Source of the DNA: an uncultured Gemmatimonadales bacterium
GTDB lineage: Bacteria > Gemmatimonadota > Gemmatimonadetes > Longimicrobiales > RSA9
Length of the DNA stretch: 64,000 bases
Assembly: GCA_963798845.1 (NCBI GenBank)
Contig: CAWCUS010000001.1
Coordinates: 416,001 to 480,000 of the forward strand
Direction of reading: 5' to 3'
Below the pieces are notes generated by a model. That model searched no databases and was not told where the DNA came from. It saw only the letters and a list, made by a program, of their open reading frames with translations. Shown here in pieces: positions 1 through 13,650 of the stretch. Positions within the stretch are counted from its first letter, which is position 1; each line of letters opens with the position of its first letter. The position numbers and the translations under genes were made by a program.

Positions 1-920
1 ACGCCCGGACCGGTCTGCCGGTCCATTCGCTCTACGGTGAGACGCGGAAGCCCACGCCAGCCATGCTCGAGGGGCTGGATGTTCTGGTTTTCGACATCCA
101 GGACATTGGGACGCGCTACTACAGCTATGTGTGGACCATGGCGCTGGCAATGGAGGCGGCCGCGGACGCCGGGCTCCGCTTCGTGGTGCTGGACCGCCCG
201 GACCCGATCGGCGGCGTGCTGGTCCAGGGGAATGTTGCGCCGTCCTACTCGCCCGTGGCTTTCTACCGCGCGGCCATGCGCCACGGCCTGACAGCAGGCG
301 AGCTCGCGCGTTACGTGAAGGGCGAGTACGGGCTGGGCGTCGACCTCCACGTGGTGCCCATGGAGGGCTGGCGGCGGGAGATGTGGTGGGGGGACACGGG
401 CGTGCCGTGGCGGGCGCCGTCACCCAACATGCCGTCGGTGGAGTCCGCCACCCACTACCCGGGCACCTGCCTGTTCGAAGGCACCAACCTGTCGGTGGGA
501 CGCGGCACCCCGCTGGCTTTCCAGCAGATCGGCGCGCCGTGGCTCGATGCCGAAGCCGTGGCCGACGCGCTCCGGGGCCGCCGGCTACCCGGGGTAGCCA
601 TCGAAGCCGTGCGCTTCACCCCTCGCGCCCCCACAGACGGGAAGTTCGACGCCCAGGCGCTGGCCGGCCTCCGCTTCCAGGTCACCGATCCAGACGCCTA
701 CGACCCCGTCCGCACCGCCGTCGCCGCGCTCCTGGAGATCACCCGCCGGCACCCCGACGCCTTCCGCTGGCGCGAAGCCTGGTTCGATGGCCTCGCCGGG
801 GGGCCACGCCTGCGAGAGCAGATCCAGGCCGGCGCCACGCTCGACGGGATCACCGCACCGTGGAAGGCGCAGAGGGAACGGTGGGAAGCGCTGCGGAGCC
901 GCTATCTGCTGTACCGGTGA
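1..920 (+). CDS. Exo-beta-N-acetylmuramidase NamZ / DUF1343 family, 5'-truncated by window edge
   Basis: Frame open from position 3 (ARTGLPVHSLYGETRKPTPAMLEGLDVLVFDIQDIGTRYY). Motifs LDRPDPIGG, RHGLTAGELA, PSPNMP, YPGTCLFEGTNLSVGRGT are typical of DUF1343/NamZ. Confidence 0.9.
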   Translation, partial: ARTGLPVHSLYGETRKPTPAMLEGLDVLVFDIQDIGTRYYSYVWTMALAMEAAADAGLRFVVLDRPDPIGGVLVQGNVAPSYSPVAFYRAAMRHGLTAGELARYVKGEYGLGVDLHVVPMEGWRREMWWGDTGVPWRAPSPNMPSVESATHYPGTCLFEGTNLSVGRGTPLAFQQIGAPWLDAEAVADALRGRRLPGVAIEAVRFTPRAPTDGKFDAQALAGLRFQVTDPDAYDPVRTAVAALLEITRRHPDAFRWREAWFDGLAGGPRLREQIQAGATLDGITAPWKAQRERWEALRSRYLLYR

Positions 921-950
921 GGCGGGTGCCCGGCCGGGGTACTCCGCGCG

Positions 951-2102
951 TCACCGCTCGAGCATGGCGGGGATGCTGTCCTCACGGGCGGCGGGATGGG
1001 CGACGACGGCCACGTCGCCGGCTATTCGGAGCTCCACGGGCTGGTCGCGGACGGAGCGCCGGAAGCCTTTTCCTTCGAGGACGCGGTGCACGTAGATCCG
1101 CCGCACCACGACCAGGGTGCTGGCCAGGACGGGAACGGCGACGAGCAGCCCGATGACCTCCATGAGGTGCGCCATGATGAGCACGCTCAGGAGCGTGAGA
1201 ACGGGCGGCAGCGAGACCTGGCGCTCCATGATCATCGGGGCGACGAAGTTCGCCTCCACGAGGTGCACCACCACGCCGAGCAGCGCAACCATGAGCGCCT
1301 GCACCGCGTGCCCCTGCCCCAGGACGAAGATGGCCGGCAGCAGCGTCGAGACCAGGGTTCCGAAGAACGGTACGATGGCCACGATGCCGGTGAACACCCC
1401 GAACGCCAGGGCGTAGGGCACCCGCAGGATGATCAGCCCGAACCAGGTGAACAGGGCGAGCGTGAACATCGCCAGGAGCTGCCCGACGATCCAGCTGCGC
1501 AGCGTCACCGCCAGGTCCGTCAGGATGTCGCGAACCAGCTCCCGGTGGACGGGCGGCGCGAGGGCGATCAGCCCTTCCCGGTACATCGCCGGCCTGAGCG
1601 TCAGGTAGATGCCCATGACCAGCACCGAGAAGAAGTGGATGAGGAACTGCATGCCGCTGAACACGTACGGCACCACGCTGCGGAAGTAGCTCCCGATCTC
1701 CGCAACGATGTTCCCCACATAGCTCTCGTTCTCGCCCAGCCGGCCGAACAGGTTGGCCACGAGCGGCTTCGACTCGGCGAGCTGGACCAGCTGGTCCTCC
1801 CACTGTTCCAGCTGCTCCGGCAGCTGCTGCACAAGCTCCCCGGTCTGCTCCGCCACCGGCGGGACGATCAGGGCGCCGATTCCCACCGCGGCGCCCATGG
1901 AGATCAGGATGGCGACCAGGAGCCCGAACGGCCGGGGCATGGCCAGCCGCCGCTGGAGCGTGTCCGTGATCGCGCCGAGATACAGGGAGAAAAGGACGGC
2001 AATGAACAGCAGCAGGAGGATCTCCGCCACGCTGTAGATGAACAGCAGGAGGAGGACGAAAAGGATCGTCGAGAGGACGACGCCCGCACCCTTGCGGTTC
2101 AT
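951..2102 (-). CDS. AI-2E family transporter (PerM/UPF0118)
   Basis: Multi-TM protein with GQLLAM..LALFTWFGL, IVPFFGTLVS, VEANFVAPMIM and SLPPVLTLLS motifs. Confidence 0.88.
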   Translation of the reverse strand: MNRKGAGVVLSTILFVLLLLFIYSVAEILLLLFIAVLFSLYLGAITDTLQRRLAMPRPFGLLVAILISMGAAVGIGALIVPPVAEQTGELVQQLPEQLEQWEDQLVQLAESKPLVANLFGRLGENESYVGNIVAEIGSYFRSVVPYVFSGMQFLIHFFSVLVMGIYLTLRPAMYREGLIALAPPVHRELVRDILTDLAVTLRSWIVGQLLAMFTLALFTWFGLIILRVPYALAFGVFTGIVAIVPFFGTLVSTLLPAIFVLGQGHAVQALMVALLGVVVHLVEANFVAPMIMERQVSLPPVLTLLSVLIMAHLMEVIGLLVAVPVLASTLVVVRRIYVHRVLEGKGFRRSVRDQPVELRIAGDVAVVAHPAAREDSIPAMLER

Positions 2103-2156
2103 CGACACCCCGGCGATCCCTGCCCGACTCGGTCGCGGGCGCCCGGCATCCGGCCG

Positions 2157-2924
2157 CTACTCCTCTTCCAGCTGCGCTTCCTGGACGTCGCCGTCCTCCT
2201 CGTCCACGACGCCGCTCGGCAGCGACGCCGGCTGCTTCTGTCCGCTCGGAAGCCCCATCTGCTCCTTCAGCGCCGCCAGACGCCGCTCCACGTCGCCGCC
2301 GTTGCCACCCTCCAGCTGCTTGAACTCCGTCTCCAGCGTGTCACCCGAGAGGCTGAGCGTGACCTCCGACGCCGCCAGTGCCTTCCGCTCCGACTCCTCG
2401 ATCTTCTCCGCCACGCGTTCGAACGCGTCGAACGCCGAGCGGTCGGACAGCCCCGACATCGTCTCGTGGATCCGGCGCTGCGCCTGCGCACGCTTCTGCT
2501 TCGCGACCAGGAGGTTCTTCTTCCGCTTCGCCTCCTCGATCTTGTCGTTCAGCTCGCGCAGCGACGACTTGACCTTCTCCGTCTCCTGCGCCTGACGCCG
2601 CCAGGTCTCCTCCATCGACTGCGCCCGCTGCGCGTGCTCCTGCTGGCGCAGCAGCGCCTGCTTCGCCAGATCGTCGCGGTTCTCCTTCACCGCCAGCATG
2701 GCCCGGCGCTCCCACTCCGCCGACTGCCTCGCCTCCTCCTCGACCTGCGACCGCAGCTTCTGCTCGTCCGCGATCGCCAGCGCCACTTCCTGCTTCGCCT
2801 TGCTCAGCTGCTCGCGCATGTCCGCGATCAGCTGGTTCAGGACCTTCTCAGGGTTCTCCGCCCGCGCGATCGCGTCGTTGATGTTCGAGCGCAGCAGCAA
2901 CGAAAGCTTCTGAAAGATGCCCAT
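2157..2924 (-). CDS. pspA: PspA/IM30 family protein
   Basis: N-terminus MGIFQKLSLLLRSNINDAIARAENPEKVLNQLIADM; long coiled coil; WERRAMLAV..RDDLAKQAL. Confidence 0.93.
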   Translation of the reverse strand: MGIFQKLSLLLRSNINDAIARAENPEKVLNQLIADMREQLSKAKQEVALAIADEQKLRSQVEEEARQSAEWERRAMLAVKENRDDLAKQALLRQQEHAQRAQSMEETWRRQAQETEKVKSSLRELNDKIEEAKRKKNLLVAKQKRAQAQRRIHETMSGLSDRSAFDAFERVAEKIEESERKALAASEVTLSLSGDTLETEFKQLEGGNGGDVERRLAALKEQMGLPSGQKQPASLPSGVVDEEDGDVQEAQLEEE

Positions 2925-2928
2925 GTCC

Positions 2929-3336
2929 TCAGCCCTTGTGTGCGACCGGGAGGAGCTCCGCCAGCTCCTTCATGTGACTCCTTGCGGCGAAGACGATGCT
3001 CTCGTACGAAGCCCGCAGCTCCTGGAAATCCAGCGTCTCCAGCTCGAGCGCGTCGCTCAGCGCGATGTCACCCTCCTCGATACCATAGCTGCCGTGCACG
3101 AGGTCCGACGCGTTCAGCTCCAGAAGCTTGCGGTACAGCGGCGCCAGCTGCTGGTCGCTCGGGTCCTGCGGCAGGTCCATCACCTTCAGCCGGAGCAGGA
3201 TCACCGGCGGCGAGTACGTCACCACCACGTTCGTCCCGCCCTCCTCCCCCTTCAGCACCCACATGCTCTCTTCGACCTCCTCGGTCTCCACACCCATCCG
3301 GATGAAGTAGGACTCGAGATCGTCGCGATTCATCAT
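2929..3336 (-). CDS. YbjN/CesT-Tir chaperone-like domain protein
   Basis: 135 aa from MMNRDDLESYF, with GGAG RBS upstream. LYRKLLELNASDLVHGSYGIE resembles the CesT/YbjN fold. Directly upstream of pspA. Confidence 0.7.
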   Translation of the reverse strand: MMNRDDLESYFIRMGVETEEVEESMWVLKGEEGGTNVVVTYSPPVILLRLKVMDLPQDPSDQQLAPLYRKLLELNASDLVHGSYGIEEGDIALSDALELETLDFQELRASYESIVFAARSHMKELAELLPVAHKG

Positions 3337-3496
3337 TGGCCGTAGTCTCCGTCTCGGGAAAACCTGCCGATCCGTACGGTACTGGAGCGGGCGGTGTTTC
3401 GGCAACACCGCCGACCCCGGCTCCGGCGCCCTCGCGCCTCCCTTCCCTGTCCATGCCGCGGCCAAGACCCTTCCGTGTTTCGGGGCCCCGTGCTAT

Positions 3497-3509
3497 GTAG
3501 TATTACTAC
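3497..3509. promoter_or_regulatory. AT-rich palindrome GTAGTA-T-TACTAC, putative PadR operator
   Basis: Perfect 6-1-6 inverted repeat 16 nt before the PadR start, in the divergent intergenic region. Confidence 0.5.
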
Positions 3510-3525
3510 TCTATGGGGAGAGACC

Positions 3526-3843
3526 ATGCCCAGACGCCTCGGCTACGCCACCACCGCCATCCTTCGCGCCATCGTCGACGGCGCGGTCTACGGCCTGGAC
3601 ATCATCGAGCGCACGGGGCTGCCGAGCGGGACGGTCTACCCGACGCTGCAGCGGCTGGAGAAGCGGGGATTCGTGACGGGCCGGTGGGAGGCGGACAGCC
3701 TTGCGCGGGCGGAGGGTCGTCCGCGGCGGCGGTACTACCGGCTGACGGCGGCGGGGGAAGCGGCTCTGGCGGAGGCGGTGCGCGAGTTCGGGGCGCTGGC
3801 GGAGGGTCGGCTGCCGCTGCCGGGGCAGGCGGAGGAAGCGTGA
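3526..3843 (+). CDS. PadR family transcriptional regulator
   Basis: [29 protein letters not shown]...[14 protein letters not shown] winged HTH; GGAG RBS before ATG 3526. Confidence 0.93.
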   Translation: MPRRLGYATTAILRAIVDGAVYGLDIIERTGLPSGTVYPTLQRLEKRGFVTGRWEADSLARAEGRPRRRYYRLTAAGEAALAEAVREFGALAEGRLPLPGQAEEA

Positions 3844-3880
3844 GCGGGGCGGGCGGGGCGGACGGGGGAACGGTGGCCCG

Positions 3881-6652
3881 GTGAGCGGCGGTCCGGGGGG
3901 TGGGTCTCCGGGCGGCGGCCGGAACGCGGAGGACTGGCCTCGATCGGGGCTGCTGGCGGCCGGCCGATCGTGGCTGCGCGGGCTGTCGTCGCTGGTTCCG
4001 GAGGGGCGGCGGGAGGAGTGGCGGTCGGAGTGGGAAGCGGAGCTGTGGCAGCTGTGGCGCCGGGCGACGCGGGTGCCGGAGCGTTACGCGGGTGTGGTGG
4101 CGCGGGGCGAGGGCGAGGGCCTTCTCCGCCTGGCGGCGGTGATGCGGTACCTGGCGGGTGCGCCGTTCTCGGTCATGCACGAGCTGAAGGAGGAGTGGAT
4201 GCGGGACCTTTGGCAGGACGTCCGATACGGCGTGCGCTCGCTGCTGCGGGCGCCTGCGTTCCTGGTGGTGGCGGTGCTGACGCTGGCTCTGGGGATCGGG
4301 GCGAACACGACGGTGTTCTCGCTGGTGAACGCGCTCCTCTTCCGTGCTCCACCCGGGATCGCAGCGCCGGGGCGGCTGGTGCGGATCGGGCGCGGGCACG
4401 CGCCGCGGTTCGACAACTGGTCGATCCCTGTGTACCGGGACCTGCGGGCGGGGGAGGAGGGTCTGGCGGAGGTGGCGGGCTTCGCGAGCGCAGGGTCGGT
4501 GATCGTCGGGCGCGGCCAGGACGCGGCGGCGGTCCCCGCGCAGATGGTGAGCGACAACTACTTCGACGTGCTGGGCGTGCCCCCGGAGCTCGGGCGCACG
4601 TTCGCTTCGGAGGAGGTTACGGAGGCGGGCTCGGCGCCGGTCGCGGTGATCTCGCACGCATTGTGGCGAGCGCGCTTCGGCGGGGACAGCGCGGCCATCG
4701 GCTCGACGCTGGCGGTGAACGGTCTGGCGTTCCGGATCGTGGGGGTGGCACCGGCGGAGTTCGGCGGCTCGGACATCCTGCGGTCGCGGACGGACGTGTG
4801 GGTGCCGTACACGATGGTGGAAACCATGCTCGGCCCGGGCACGGGGGAGCTGCTGAGGCGGCGCTCGTCGAGCTGGTTCTGGGTCTTCGCTCGCCTGGCG
4901 CCGGGGGTATCGTTCGAGCAGGCGTCCGCGGCGACGCGGTCGCTGTACGCGCACCTCGACGAGGAGCACCCGGATCTGGCCGGCCAGGGCATCTGGCTGT
5001 CGCGTGGCGTGGGGCTGACGCCGGAGGATCGCGCATCGGTGCGGCCCACCTCGCGTCTGCTCATGGGGGTGGTGTTCCTGGTGCTGCTGATCGCGTGCGC
5101 AAACCTGGCGGGGCTGGCGCTGGCCCGGGGCGCGAACCGGCGAGGGGAGGTGGGGGTGCGCACGGCCCTCGGCGCCAGCCGGGTACGCGTCGCCCGGCAG
5201 TTCCTGACGGAATCGGTGCTGCTGGCGCTGGTGGCCGGACCCGCCGCGCTGGGCCTGACCTGGCTGGTGGCCGCCGAGCTGCCGGCGCTGGTGCCGTACC
5301 CGGTATCGGTGGGCTTCGACCCGGATGGGCGCGTGCTGGCCCTCGGTCTGGCGCTGGCGCTGGCGGCGGGCGTCCTGTTCGGCCTTGCGCCGGCTCTGGC
5401 GTCCGCGCGGAGCGACGTGCGCGCAGCGCTGGCCGGCAGCTCGCGCGCCGTGGTGGGCCGGGGCGGGCGCTTCGGCCGCGGCCTCGTCGCCGCGCAGCTG
5501 GCCCTCACCTTCGTGCTCCTGGCAGGCACCAGTGTGCTGCTACGCAGCCTGTGGAGCGCGCGGGCGCTGGATCCCGGCTTCGACGCGGATCACGTGGCCG
5601 CCGTGACGCTGGACGTCGGAATGCGCGGAGGGTACGACGCGGGCGCCGGCCGCGCGTTCTACCGGGACCTTCTCTCCGCCGCGCGGGCGCTCCCGGGAGT
5701 GACGGCGGTGGGGCTCGCCTCCGAGCTCCCGGTGGCCGACTTCCAGTCCAATCATACGCCTCTGGCGCCGGGCGAGAAGACGGACCGCGATGCGCCCCCG
5801 CCTGCGCCCGTGCTGTCTTCGCCGGCCGGGGCCGGGTACTTCGACGCCATCGGGCTGCCGCTCGTCTCCGGCCGGACGTTCGTGGCCGGCGACTACGGGG
5901 AGGACGCGGAGCGCGTGGTCGTGATCAACCAGGCGCTGGCGAAGCGGTTCTTCGGCGACGCGGACCCGGTGGGCAGGGTGCTGCCCTTCGCTGCGGACCC
6001 GGATTGGGACGCGCCCACGCGGGTCGTGGGCGTGGCGGCCGACTCGAAGAACCGGAGCCTGCGGGCGCCGTCGTGGGCTCAGTACTGGTACCCGTGGGGA
6101 CGCGAGTACCGGGGCGGGATGACACTGGTCGCCCGGACGGCGGGCGATCCGCGTCCGCTGGTGGCGGGGCTCACCGAGCTGGTGCAGCGGATCGACCCCG
6201 GCATGCCCGTGCTCCGGGCCGCGCCGTTGCGGGAGCTGGTGGGCGGAACGCTGCGCGACACCCGTATGCTCTCGTCGCTCATCGCGATCTTCGGCGCTCT
6301 CGCGCTGGTGCTCGCTGCCGTGGGGCTGTACGGCGTGATGGCGTACACGGTGGCGCGCCGCACCCGGGAGATGGGGGTGCGGATCGCCATGGGCGCTACA
6401 CGGCGCGTGGTCCTGCTCATGGTGCTCCGCCAGGGGCTCCGGCTCGTGGTCATCGGGCTCGCGCTCGGGATCCCGCTCGCTCTCGCCGGACTCCGCCTCC
6501 TCGAGAGCTCCCTCTTCCAGGTCTCGCCGGCGGACCCGCTCTCGCTGGCGGCCGGTGCCGCGGTGCTCGTCCTGGTGGCCACGGCGGCGGCCGTGATCCC
6601 CGCCCGCCGCGCCACGCGTGTGGAGCCCGCTGCCGCGCTGCGCGAGGAGTGA
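3881..6652 (+). CDS. ADOP-family duplicated ABC transporter permease (MacB/FtsX-like)
   Basis: [47 protein letters not shown], duplicated FtsX domain, C-terminal [17 protein letters not shown]; follows PadR. Confidence 0.92.
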   Translation: MSGGPGGGSPGGGRNAEDWPRSGLLAAGRSWLRGLSSLVPEGRREEWRSEWEAELWQLWRRATRVPERYAGVVARGEGEGLLRLAAVMRYLAGAPFSVMHELKEEWMRDLWQDVRYGVRSLLRAPAFLVVAVLTLALGIGANTTVFSLVNALLFRAPPGIAAPGRLVRIGRGHAPRFDNWSIPVYRDLRAGEEGLAEVAGFASAGSVIVGRGQDAAAVPAQMVSDNYFDVLGVPPELGRTFASEEVTEAGSAPVAVISHALWRARFGGDSAAIGSTLAVNGLAFRIVGVAPAEFGGSDILRSRTDVWVPYTMVETMLGPGTGELLRRRSSSWFWVFARLAPGVSFEQASAATRSLYAHLDEEHPDLAGQGIWLSRGVGLTPEDRASVRPTSRLLMGVVFLVLLIACANLAGLALARGANRRGEVGVRTALGASRVRVARQFLTESVLLALVAGPAALGLTWLVAAELPALVPYPVSVGFDPDGRVLALGLALALAAGVLFGLAPALASARSDVRAALAGSSRAVVGRGGRFGRGLVAAQLALTFVLLAGTSVLLRSLWSARALDPGFDADHVAAVTLDVGMRGGYDAGAGRAFYRDLLSAARALPGVTAVGLASELPVADFQSNHTPLAPGEKTDRDAPPPAPVLSSPAGAGYFDAIGLPLVSGRTFVAGDYGEDAERVVVINQALAKRFFGDADPVGRVLPFAADPDWDAPTRVVGVAADSKNRSLRAPSWAQYWYPWGREYRGGMTLVARTAGDPRPLVAGLTELVQRIDPGMPVLRAAPLRELVGGTLRDTRMLSSLIAIFGALALVLAAVGLYGVMAYTVARRTREMGVRIAMGATRRVVLLMVLRQGLRLVVIGLALGIPLALAGLRLLESSLFQVSPADPLSLAAGAAVLVLVATAAAVIPARRATRVEPAAALREE

Positions 6653-6788
6653 GGCTGCGCGGGGCGGGGCCGGGTTGAAACCCTTTCCCGGCCCGGGGCG
6701 TAAGTGAAAAACCGCCGCCTGCCACTGCGCCGCATCCCCAATGCCGGGGCATCGGGGCGTGACCCGCTGTCCCACAGGAGCCTCTCCC

Positions 6789-7079
6789 ATGCCCCGCCTC
6801 CTCGAAGCCTGGACCCGCGACCTCGCGCGCGCTGCACGCACCCTCCTGCGCGCTCCCGGCTTCGCGGCAGTGGCCGCGCTCACGCTCGCGCTCGGGATCG
6901 GCGCCGCCCTCGCCCTCACCCGCTTCCTCCGCACCCTGCTCTTCGGCGTCGCCGCCATGGATGCGACAGTGCTCGTGGCCGTCGCCGCGCTCATGGTCGG
7001 CGTTGCGGTGCTGGCCAGCTACGTTCCCGCCCGTCGGGCGTCGGCGGTGGACCCCGTGGAGGCGATCCGGACGGAGTGA
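6789..7079 (+). pseudogene. Internally deleted 96-aa mini ADOP permease (N-terminus fused to C-terminus)
   Basis: [29 protein letters not shown] (ADOP start) is joined directly to AALALTRFLRTLLFGV...YVPARRASAVDPVEAIRTE (ADOP end); AGGAG RBS. Confidence 0.7.
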
Positions 7080-7282
7080 CGGAGGCGGTTAGGGGGCACG
7101 CGTCGTCGAGTCGCCGATTCTCGCGCGACCTTCAGGGGCGGCATATGTTAACCCCGGTTTCGCTTCTCCCGGCGCCTCGCCGTACCGGCCACGGCGGTCA
7201 GGGCCGCACGAGGAGGTCGGGCGGCGGCAGCAGGGCCTCGCGAGGAGCGACGACCGCCGACTTCCAACCGGAGGGGTTGCAG

Positions 7283-7762
7283 ATGCAGGACAAGAGCATC
7301 GAGCTGCTGAACCAGGGTCTGGCCGACGAGATGTGGGCCGTGCACCAGTACATGTACTTCCACGTCCACTGCGACGACCAGGGATACGACCTTCTGGCAG
7401 GCCTGTTCAAGCGCACTGCCATCGCGGAGATGCATCACGTGGAGGAGTTCGCGGAGCGGATCCTCTTCCTGGGCGGCAAGGTGGAGATGAAGGCCGCCCA
7501 CGAGGTGGAGGACATCCACGACATCGCCGGGATGCTGAAGAAGGCGCTGGAGATGGAGCAGGAGGCTGTGGAGAGCTACAACGCGGCGGCGAGCGCGTGC
7601 AGCGCGGACGCGGGGTCCCGCAAGATCTTCGAGGACCTGGTGACGGACGAGGAAGGTCACGCGGATGCGTTCGAGACGGAGCTGGACCACCTCGACCGCT
7701 ACGGCGAGCAATACCTGGCGCTGCAGTCCATCGAGCGGGCGAAGGGGCTGGCCGGCAGCTGA
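7283..7762 (+). CDS. bfr: Bacterioferritin
   Basis: LNQGLADEMWAVHQYMYFH...EMHHVEEFAERILFLGG...DEEGHAD ferroxidase motifs. Confidence 0.9.
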   Translation: MQDKSIELLNQGLADEMWAVHQYMYFHVHCDDQGYDLLAGLFKRTAIAEMHHVEEFAERILFLGGKVEMKAAHEVEDIHDIAGMLKKALEMEQEAVESYNAAASACSADAGSRKIFEDLVTDEEGHADAFETELDHLDRYGEQYLALQSIERAKGLAGS

Positions 7763-7798
7763 CACCCGGCACGAGCCGATCGCAGCGGCGGCGGCGTC

Positions 7799-10702
<2,904 letters not shown>

Positions 10703-10764
10703 TGACACGGGGGCTTCAGGGTGCGGACCAGGGGCGGTGATACACCGGGGGGGGTGTGGTGGTC

Positions 10765-10975
10765 CGCAGTTGGGCTCGACCTGCGGTCTCGCAGAGGGGC
10801 TCAGCCCGTTCGGGCTTCGCAGAGGGGCTCGACCTGCGGTCTCGCAGAGGGGCTCGGCCTTCGGCCTCGCAGAGGGGCTCGGCCTTCGGCCTCGCAGAGG
10901 GGCTCGACCTGCGGTCTCGCAGAGGGGCTCAGCCCGTTCGGCCTCGCAGAGGGGCTCGGCCTTCGGCCTCGCAGG
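10765..10975. repeat. Modular hairpin array: 14-nt constant unit TCGCAGAGGGGCTC (7 exact copies) alternating with 8 short palindromes of three types
   Basis: Constant unit starts at 10789, 10817, 10842, 10867, 10892, 10917, 10944. Inserts are GACC-TGC-GGTC, AGCCC-GTTC-GGGCT and GGCC-TTC-GGCC. An inverted copy CCTCTGCGAGGCCG lies at about 10987-11000. Confidence 0.93.
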
Positions 10976-11012
10976 AACTGGGGGCGCCTCTGCGAGGCCG
11001 GAGACCGGGGGC

Positions 11013-13430
11013 CTACGGCATCGTCACGGGCCGCGCTCCCGCCCCCTTAACGTACGTGTCGAACCACGCGATCATCTCGGCCAGCGTGTCCATGATGGAC
11101 TCGCGGGCGCGATAGCCGTGGCTCTCGGCGGGGAGCATGACGAGGCGGGCAGTGCCGCCGAGCCCCTTCATGGCGTGGAACATCCGCTCGCTCTGGATCG
11201 GGAACGTGCCGCTGTTGTTGTCGGCAATGCCGTGGATCATGAGGAGCGGCTCGTCGATGTCGCCGGCGTGCATGAACGGCGACATCGCGTAGTAGATGTC
11301 CGGCGCGTCCCAGTACGTGCGCTGCTCGTTCTGGAAGCCGAACGGCGTGAGCGTGCGGTTGTACGCCCCGCTGCGGGCAATGCCGGCGCGGAACAGGTCG
11401 GAGTGGGCCAGGAGATTGGCGGTCATGAACGCGCCGTAGCTGTGCCCGCCCACGCCCATCCGGTCGCGGTCGCCGACGCCCATGTCGACCAGCTTGTCCA
11501 CGGCGGCCCGGGCGCTGGCCACCAGCTGCTGGACGTACGTGTTGTTGGCCGTGTCGCCGCCGATGATGGGCATGCTCGGACCGTCGAAAACGGCGTAGCC
11601 CTGAGTCAGGAAGAACAGGTGGCTCGGCCCGCTGAACGTGGTGAAGCGATTCTCCGAGGAGCGCACCTGCCCCGCGGCTGCCGCGGAAACGAACTCTCGC
11701 GGGTAGGCCCACAGGACCACGGGCAGCCGCTGGCCCGCCTGGTGGCCGGCCGGAAGGTAGAGCGTCCCGCTCAGCGGCACGCCGTCGGCGCGCTCGTAGA
11801 CCACGAGCTGCTTGGTGATCCCGCGCAGCTCGGGCGCGGGGTCCTCGAACGCCGTGACGGCGACGTCGCCGTGGCCCGGCAGGTCGAGCACGTGGTAGTT
11901 CGGCGGCTCGGTCTTCGACTCGCGACGCGTGAGCACGCGCCCCGCGCCCGCGTCCAGCACGTCCACCACGCCCTCGTACTCCTCGGCACCGGACTGCCAC
12001 AGCCGCTCGGTCCGGAAGGTCTCCAGGTCGAGGCGGTCGAGGAACGGCCGGTCGCCCTCGGGCAATGCGCCGTCGCCGGCCAGGTAGATGGCGCTCCCAT
12101 CCTGGAGCAGGACCCGCTCGCCCGTGGCCGTGGACACCATCTGCGGCCGCCCCGGGTCGCCGTACGCGTCCTCACGGCTCCGGTCCCACAGCAGCCGTCG
12201 CTCCGCCCGCGGCCGGTCGGGGTCGAAGACCCACGTGCGCATCCACTGCCGGGCGCGCTCGTAGTCGCTCAGCAGGGCGACGCCGTTCCCCCACTCGATC
12301 CCCGCGTACCGCTCTTCCGTCCGGGCGAGCTCGCGCGGCTCACCCATGAACGGCGCATCCAGCTGGAGCACCTGGTCGCGGAACTCCGCGGGCCGGTCGG
12401 GATCACCGCCGTCCAGCGCTTCGGCCCACACGAGCGAGCCGGGCAGGAGGGGTCGCCATTCCAGGCTGCGAGGACCGGATCGCACCCCGCGGATCGGAAC
12501 GTCGTCGGCGATCGGCAGGTCCGCGAGCTGCCGGAGGAGGTCGCCCTTCCGGTTCCAGATCTCGTACGCCACCGGGAAGTCGTAGACGGGAACGAGGTAG
12601 GAGTAGGGGCGGTGCACACGCCGGACGAGGAGATAGTCTCCGCCGGGCGCCGGCGACGCCCCCTGGAAGACGGCGGGGCTCCCCACCCGCGCGGCCTGAC
12701 CGGTGGCCACGTCGACCAGCGCCACCTGCGACGTCATGTAGTAGTCGAAGAGCGCCTCGTCGTGCGGGTTTTCCAGCATGTCCTCGTACGTCCGGACGGG
12801 TGCGACGCGCCCCGTGGTCTCCTGAACGACGGGGCTCGCCGGCACCTTCGGCTCCGGCGGCGGTGCGCCGCGGTCGGCGGGCACCATGAGGCACACGAGG
12901 CTGGCCCCATCGGGCATCCAGTCGCAGCCGCCCGCGACGGCGTTGATGTCCCGGGCGACGAGCCTGCCCGCACCCGTGTTCACGTCCACCACCCACTGGT
13001 CCACCCCGTCGTCCCGGGTGAGCGGGAAAGTGAACCGGCTGCCGTCCGGAGACCACGACGCGAGGCCGGGGGCGCCGCCCCCGACGTTCACCGGCCTGTG
13101 CGTGCCGTCCGCCAGGCGCACCAGCTCGAAGCCGGTGAGGGTGACGTAGGCGTCGGCCCGGCCGTTGGTCGCCGGGTTGATGCGCAGCCCCGCGATCCGA
13201 AGCATCGGCTGGGCGACTTCCGAGAGTGGCGGCATGCTGGCGCGGTCCTGGAGCAGCAGCCACTCGCCTTTCGGACCGGCGGTCGCGATCGGGAACGGCG
13301 GCGCGTCGAGGATCTGGGGGATCGGCGCCGGCGGCATCCGGTAGCCGCCCTGGGCGGCGAGAGGAGCGGAGAAAGCTGCGACCAGCGCGGCCAAGGTGGC
13401 GACCGCGTGGACGGGAGACGAACGAGGCAT
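11013..13430 (-). CDS. S9 family (prolyl oligopeptidase-like) serine peptidase, secreted
   Basis: Signal peptide; beta-propeller region; GGHSYGAFM nucleophile; [28 protein letters not shown]. Confidence 0.92.
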   Translation of the reverse strand: MPRSSPVHAVATLAALVAAFSAPLAAQGGYRMPPAPIPQILDAPPFPIATAGPKGEWLLLQDRASMPPLSEVAQPMLRIAGLRINPATNGRADAYVTLTGFELVRLADGTHRPVNVGGGAPGLASWSPDGSRFTFPLTRDDGVDQWVVDVNTGAGRLVARDINAVAGGCDWMPDGASLVCLMVPADRGAPPPEPKVPASPVVQETTGRVAPVRTYEDMLENPHDEALFDYYMTSQVALVDVATGQAARVGSPAVFQGASPAPGGDYLLVRRVHRPYSYLVPVYDFPVAYEIWNRKGDLLRQLADLPIADDVPIRGVRSGPRSLEWRPLLPGSLVWAEALDGGDPDRPAEFRDQVLQLDAPFMGEPRELARTEERYAGIEWGNGVALLSDYERARQWMRTWVFDPDRPRAERRLLWDRSREDAYGDPGRPQMVSTATGERVLLQDGSAIYLAGDGALPEGDRPFLDRLDLETFRTERLWQSGAEEYEGVVDVLDAGAGRVLTRRESKTEPPNYHVLDLPGHGDVAVTAFEDPAPELRGITKQLVVYERADGVPLSGTLYLPAGHQAGQRLPVVLWAYPREFVSAAAAGQVRSSENRFTTFSGPSHLFFLTQGYAVFDGPSMPIIGGDTANNTYVQQLVASARAAVDKLVDMGVGDRDRMGVGGHSYGAFMTANLLAHSDLFRAGIARSGAYNRTLTPFGFQNEQRTYWDAPDIYYAMSPFMHAGDIDEPLLMIHGIADNNSGTFPIQSERMFHAMKGLGGTARLVMLPAESHGYRARESIMDTLAEMIAWFDTYVKGAGARPVTMP

Positions 13431-13650
13431 CGTCGGCACTCCGTTCTTGGCTCAGCCTGCTGGCCTGGCCAGTGGCTCGGGGGTGGACGCGACGCGCGGT
13501 CGCGCCGGGGTCTCGGCGCGACGCCAGGATCGCGCGATCGCTTCGGCTTCGCCTCGGAGGATCACCCTTCCGCGGGAGCCGTGAAGATGGGACGTCCGGC
13601 CTTCGAAGGCCACCCCCCTGCAGGGCCCCCTGGAGAGTCCGGGCCCCGCT

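Noticed and set aside
10765..10975. CRISPR array
   Set aside because: The constant unit is only 14 nt, inserts are 11-14 nt, palindromic and reused rather than unique, and no cas genes are present.
13541..13559. Isolated copy of the GA-mismatch/GAA-loop hairpin between efp and the S9 peptidase
   Set aside because: The inner GA-GGC-GAA-GCC-GA is present on the minus strand but the outer closing pairs are imperfect; it could be chance.
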